A stretch of DNA of 11,023 nt from Limisphaerales bacterium (GTDB lineage Bacteria > Verrucomicrobiota > Verrucomicrobiia > Limisphaerales > JAJOIW01), in NCBI GenBank assembly GCA_965657355.1, contig CBFHOE010000008.1, forward strand, positions 239,823 through 250,845, written 5' to 3'. The first letter of the stretch is position 1. Each line of letters opens with the position of its first letter. The position numbers and the translations under genes were made by a program. The notes beneath the pieces are model-generated. The model did not search any database, was not told where the DNA came from, and was given only the letters and a program-made list of their open reading frames with translations. This document shows, in pieces, positions 7,336 through 11,023 of this stretch.

Positions 7336-7629
7336 ATGCGAACTACGATTGAGTTGCCCGATAACCTTTTAAAGCGAGCTAAATTGGCGGCCCTGCAGAA
7401 CAATACCACATTGAAAGCTATGGTAACGGAAGCCCTTGAATTGTATTTGGATGGTCAACTCAGGAAGAGCGAAAGTGCCCAATCAGGCAATGATGAAACC
7501 GGAGCCCAGGGGCAATCATCAGTAAAGTTTACCCGTCCGGTGGTTGAAACTGGGCCAGATAGCCCAATATCAAATTTAGACTCCAATGCGCTAGTGACCA
7601 AAGAAGGTAAAATATGGAAGCAGGACTAA
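7336..7629 (+). CDS. vapB: Ribbon-helix-helix (CopG/VapB-like) antitoxin, 97 aa
   Basis: MRTTIELPDNLLKRAKLAALQNNTTLKAMVTEALELYL is a typical RHH antitoxin N-terminus, and it sits directly upstream of a PIN gene. The true start is the ATG at 7336, not 7276. Confidence 0.8.
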   Translation: MRTTIELPDNLLKRAKLAALQNNTTLKAMVTEALELYLDGQLRKSESAQSGNDETGAQGQSSVKFTRPVVETGPDSPISNLDSNALVTKEGKIWKQD

Positions 7630-7683
7630 GAGGACTGAGCGTGTCTTTATAATCAAAATATAAACCGAGAAATATCGCAGGGA

Positions 7684-8112
7684 ATGACATATATAATTGA
7701 TGCCAATGTGGCTTTAGCGTTATTGGTCAAGAACCATCCATCAGGCTTAAGTGTGAGATCATGGTGGGAGGGCTGCTCTGATCAGAGTGTAGGATTTTGC
7801 TGGCCTGTTATGCATTCCATTCTAACACAGCTGACGTGTCGTGATATTCTTGGGGATCATGCGCTTACACCTGTTAATGCATGGCAAATTGTCTCTGCGT
7901 TTATACAAGATCCGAGGGTTTTTGAAGTGAATGATACTGGTCACGAGGTCACCCGCACCTGGGCAAATCTAATCCCAGAACAAGAGGCGACCGGTATTAG
8001 GTGGAGGAATGCTTGGCTTGTAGCCTTGGCAAATTCTTTGAGAATGACCTTAGTGACACTGGATTCAAGTTACCAAGTCATGAACGTGGATTCATTAAAA
8101 ATCCTCAGATAA
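7684..8112 (+). CDS. vapC: PIN-domain VapC-family protein (active site appears degenerate)
   Basis: IIDANVALAL...H, W27, T...AW, AWLVALA and LVTLD match the ~140-aa VapC/PIN pattern. It follows an RHH gene. Confidence 0.85.
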   Translation: MTYIIDANVALALLVKNHPSGLSVRSWWEGCSDQSVGFCWPVMHSILTQLTCRDILGDHALTPVNAWQIVSAFIQDPRVFEVNDTGHEVTRTWANLIPEQEATGIRWRNAWLVALANSLRMTLVTLDSSYQVMNVDSLKILR

Positions 8113-8131
8113 TGATTTATGAGCCTCTTAA

Positions 8132-8509
8132 TTAATGACTGCCGTAGATTCGCATCTGACCATTGAGAGGGAATGATAGGTCCGCGTAGGGTTTATCTTC
8201 AACTGGTCCGATAACGTAAGTTTCATTCACCACCGGCTCTGGAAAAATAGAAGGCCTAAAATATACCTTTAAATCATCCTCTGAGGGTTCCTCTGAGGGT
8301 GATTTATTTTCTTCGGCTGCCCATGAATCTTTCGCAAATTGGATGAGTCTGAGATTATTGATTATCATATTTTCAAAGGTGCTCTCTCTTGCTCGAACCA
8401 AATTAGGCAGAGCTATCATCACAAGAAGCCCTATGATAGCAACAGCTATCATTATCTCTGTCAGAGTAAATCCAGAATTTGCTGATTTTAATCTTAAGGA
8501 TTCACTCAT
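8132..8509 (-). CDS. Prepilin-type N-terminal cleavage/methylation protein (type IV pilin / T2SS pseudopilin-like), 125 aa
   Basis: Class III signal SG|FTLTEIMIAVAIIGLLVMIALP with Glu at +5, then RARE...INNLR.I..AK..WA.E. GGAGG at 8521-8517 lies 7 nt upstream of the ATG at 8509, which supports this start over 8590. Confidence 0.92.
   Translation of the reverse strand: MSESLRLKSANSGFTLTEIMIAVAIIGLLVMIALPNLVRARESTFENMIINNLRLIQFAKDSWAAEENKSPSEEPSEDDLKVYFRPSIFPEPVVNETYVIGPVEDKPYADLSFPLNGQMRIYGSH
8277..8300. repeat. Perfect 12-bp tandem duplication inside the pilin gene
   Basis: TCCTCTGAGGGT x2 (8277-8288 and 8289-8300), in frame, encoding PSEE/PSED. Confidence 0.8.
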
Positions 8510-8745
8510 TCTACAACCTCCATAAATATCGGAAAAATATGGCCAAACCTTGAGATTCAAATTTAAAGCATCACTATAAAATATAGCCAACGAAAAATTA
8601 GGCCTATTTGGGGCTTCTAATGGTCGTTGTTCGTTGATTTGAATCCAATATGCAGGTTAGATTTGTTGGTATACGAGGATTTAGTCATCAAAAGTCTTAA
8701 CTCCAAGTAAAATCATACCTAAAACTGAATAGTTTTTATTTAGCA

Positions 8746-10152
8746 ATGATACCATCAATAAAGAGAATTGTCTTATTTTGTGCCATAGCAACACTGATCA
8801 CCTTTATTGGTGAAGAAAGTTTTGCAGCAAAACCAAACGTTGTGGTCATTTTTACCGATGACCAAGGTTACAATGATATTGGGTGTTTTGGCTCTGCGTT
8901 GATCAGAACGCCCAATTTGGACCAGATGGCAGATGAAGGAATAAAATTTACCGATTTTTATTCTGCAAACTCCGTTTGTTCCCCCTCCAGAGCTTCCTTG
9001 TTAACGGGGTCATACCCTCCAAGGGCGGGAGTTACCAAAGTATTATTTCCAAGGGACACAATAGGACTGCACCCTGAAGAGGTAACAATTGCAGACATTT
9101 TGAAGAATGAAGGGTATGCGACGGCCTGTATCGGGAAATGGCACCTGGGTCATCACCCGAAATTCTTGCCAACACGTCAAGGCTTCGATCATTACTATGG
9201 TATCCCATACAGCAATGACATGACAATCGACCCTAAAAATGCTCTCTTTCATAAGGACGTAAAGTTCAGGGAAGGGTTTTCGATTGAAAAAGTCAGGAAT
9301 TCAAAGACGACTAAAAATTTTGTGCCCCTTATGCGGGATGAGAAGGTAATTGAGTATCCTGCCGATCAGTCAACTTTGACCAAGAGATACACGGAGGAAG
9401 CAATTAACTTCATCAAAGACAACAGGAAAAAACCATTTTTTCTTTATTTGCCTCATACCATGCCGCATATACCACTTTTTGCGACTCCTGAGTTTTTAGG
9501 AAAGAGTGCTGAAGGGCTTTATGGTGATACTATTGAAGAAATTGATTGGAGCGTTGGCAAAATACTAGAGGCTCTCAAGATTTTGGATTTGGATGATAAT
9601 ACCCTTGTTGTTTACACCTCTGATAATGGACCATGGAAATTAAAAAGTGGCCACGGAGGCAATGCGTTTCCATTGAGAGGGTATAAATTTTCCACCTACG
9701 AAGGGGGGATGAGGGTGCCTTGCATCATGAGGTGGCCAGGTCGGATCTCGGCAGGTTCTGTCTGTTCCAAAGTAGCGGCCACAATCGATCTCCTTCCGAC
9801 TATTTGCGAAATCTCAGGAGCTGACCTACCAAATGAGCGCATCATCGACGGAAAAAGCATCCTTGGCTTGATGGAGCAGGGGAATAAAGCACAGTCTCCT
9901 CATGAAGCATACTATTATTATAAAGGGACAAGGCTTGAGGCGGTTCGAGTTGGAGACTGGAAACTGAGAGTGACTGGAAATAAAAGAAAAAGTGTCCATG
10001 AGCTTTTCCATCTTGCAACCGATATTTCCGAATCGATCAATCTGGCTCGTGCTCATTCTGATAAAGTAGAAGAGTTGATATCAATAATGGCTCAATTTGA
10101 TGAATCTTTAAAACAAAGAAGGAGGCCCGTTGGGCAATTAGTTGATAACTAA
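8746..10152 (+). CDS. Formylglycine-dependent (Cys-type, family S1) sulfatase, arylsulfatase A-like, with signal peptide
   Basis: PNVVVIFTDDQG, CSPSRASLLTG (CxPxR, Cys78), GYATACIGKWHLG, PFFLYLPHTMPH, TSDNG and YEGGMRVP. N-terminal basic + hydrophobic leader ending SFA/A. Confidence 0.96.
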   Translation: MIPSIKRIVLFCAIATLITFIGEESFAAKPNVVVIFTDDQGYNDIGCFGSALIRTPNLDQMADEGIKFTDFYSANSVCSPSRASLLTGSYPPRAGVTKVLFPRDTIGLHPEEVTIADILKNEGYATACIGKWHLGHHPKFLPTRQGFDHYYGIPYSNDMTIDPKNALFHKDVKFREGFSIEKVRNSKTTKNFVPLMRDEKVIEYPADQSTLTKRYTEEAINFIKDNRKKPFFLYLPHTMPHIPLFATPEFLGKSAEGLYGDTIEEIDWSVGKILEALKILDLDDNTLVVYTSDNGPWKLKSGHGGNAFPLRGYKFSTYEGGMRVPCIMRWPGRISAGSVCSKVAATIDLLPTICEISGADLPNERIIDGKSILGLMEQGNKAQSPHEAYYYYKGTRLEAVRVGDWKLRVTGNKRKSVHELFHLATDISESINLARAHSDKVEELISIMAQFDESLKQRRRPVGQLVDN

Positions 10153-10202
10153 TTTCAGGCTTTTGCATTTACAGTGAGCCATCAAAGTCAACAGAACGGG
10201 AT

Positions 10203-11023
10203 ATGAGTTCAGATAAGGATGAGTTAGTCCTTAATGTTTCGGGTTACTTATTCAAGCCCATACAGCCCCACTTTTTAAAGTCACTCAAAGAATCTTTGAA
10301 AATGTGGGGATTAAGAAATCACCTCAAGGGGACAATTCTGTTGAGCCCCGAGGGGGTCAACCTGTTTCTTTCGGGAGAAGAAGTTAAGTTAAAAGGCTTC
10401 TTGGATAAGTTTAAAAAAGAAGCTGGGTTGAGTGAGTTTCAAGTCAAAGAAAGCTGGAGTCATCACCAGCCATTTACCAGATTTCTCGTTCGGATTAAGA
10501 ATGAAATCATAGCTTTTGGTGTGGATGAAATTGTTCCCTTCAATTACACCTCAGTTTATTTGCCTCCAGAGGAATTAAAAGAATGGTTAGACCAGGGTAA
10601 AGAGGTGGTACTTCTCGACACCCGAAATGATTACGAGATCAAAGTTGGTACTTTCGATAATGCTATACCTATCGGAGTTCAGAATTTCACAAAATTTCCT
10701 GATGCCGTTTCTCTGCTTCCCGAGGAATTAAAAGAAAAACCAATTGTGACATTCTGTACGGGTGGTATTCGGTGTGAAAAGGCAGCGCCATTACTCGAGA
10801 GCAAGGGCTTTAAAAACGTATACCAGCTTGAGGGAGGTATTTTAAAGTATTTTGAAAAATGTGGAGGAGCCCACTACAAAGGGGATTGTTTTGTTTTTGA
10901 TCACAGAGTGGCCCTAAACCCTCAATTAAAAGAAACTGAAATCCGCCAATGCTATGCTTGCAGAGCTGTTTTAATGCCTGATGATTTTCATTCAGAGAAA
11001 TATATTCCAGGACAACAGTGCCC
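10203..11023 (+). CDS. trhO: TrhO/YceA-family rhodanese-related protein (tRNA U34 hydroxylase-like), 3'-truncated by the window edge
   Basis: Manual translation from ATG 10203 is open to the end: MSSDKDELVLNVSGYLFK...LKGTILLSPEGVN...LLDTRNDYEIKVGTF...FCTGGIRCEKA...VYQLEGGILKYFE...GDCFVFDHRV...CYAC...QCP. These are diagnostic UPF0176 motifs. It is absent from the ORF track, presumably because no stop codon falls in the window. Confidence 0.9.
   Translation, partial: MSSDKDELVLNVSGYLFKPIQPHFLKSLKESLKMWGLRNHLKGTILLSPEGVNLFLSGEEVKLKGFLDKFKKEAGLSEFQVKESWSHHQPFTRFLVRIKNEIIAFGVDEIVPFNYTSVYLPPEELKEWLDQGKEVVLLDTRNDYEIKVGTFDNAIPIGVQNFTKFPDAVSLLPEELKEKPIVTFCTGGIRCEKAAPLLESKGFKNVYQLEGGILKYFEKCGGAHYKGDCFVFDHRVALNPQLKETEIRQCYACRAVLMPDDFHSEKYIPGQQC

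Noticed and set aside
8530..8546. Sigma-54-like TTGGC...TT element upstream of the pilin (minus strand)
   Set aside because: The -12 position reads CC instead of the conserved GC, and the implied start site would fall in the RBS.
104..10056. Short alternative ORFs in the track (104-322, 816-1007, 2094-2387, 2990-3307, 3528-4882 set, 5847-6059, 6353-6718, 6602-6880, 6974-7243, 8343-8525, 9032-9252, 9826-10056)
   Set aside because: All overlap better-supported genes in another frame or on the antisense strand and show no recognisable motifs, so they are treated as shadow ORFs.
10570..10736. 15-bp direct repeat GAGGAATTAAAAGAA in trhO
   Set aside because: Both copies encode EELKE in frame with common codons, with no sign of a mobile or regulatory role.
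1..11023. CRISPR array, IS/transposase, rRNA/tRNA, riboswitch, or a recognisable defence or biosynthetic cluster
   Set aside because: No regularly spaced repeats or diagnostic motifs were seen by eye. The genes alternate in strand and look functionally mixed rather than forming one system. An Rfam/Infernal scan of the intergenic regions would be needed to exclude ncRNAs.

Overview
This 11-kb bacterial window is AT-rich and gene-dense. The Cys-type sulfatase, short prepilin-type protein, CehA/McbA-like hydrolase and large 'HWGHVH' protein suggest PVC superphylum, probably Verrucomicrobiota (inference). In order it contains: the 3' part of a CehA/McbA-like metallohydrolase (+, runs off the left edge); an unannotated 35-aa single-TM small ORF (-); an orphan WxTCACG protein (-); a CelD/BcsL-like GNAT (+); a ~780-aa secreted/membrane-anchored unknown protein with three tandem related domains and a His-rich C-terminal motif (-); an SDR + esterase pair (-); a VapB/VapC-like module whose PIN domain appears to have lost catalytic acidic residues (+); a pilin-like protein (-); a sulfatase (+); and a TrhO/YceA-family gene missed by the ORF track (+, runs off the right edge). 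No rRNA, intact tRNA, CRISPR array or transposase was seen. The best leads are the hidden membrane microprotein with an upstream dyad, the tri-repeat His-motif protein, and the apparently disarmed VapC. All family assignments are from motif recognition by eye, not database searches.
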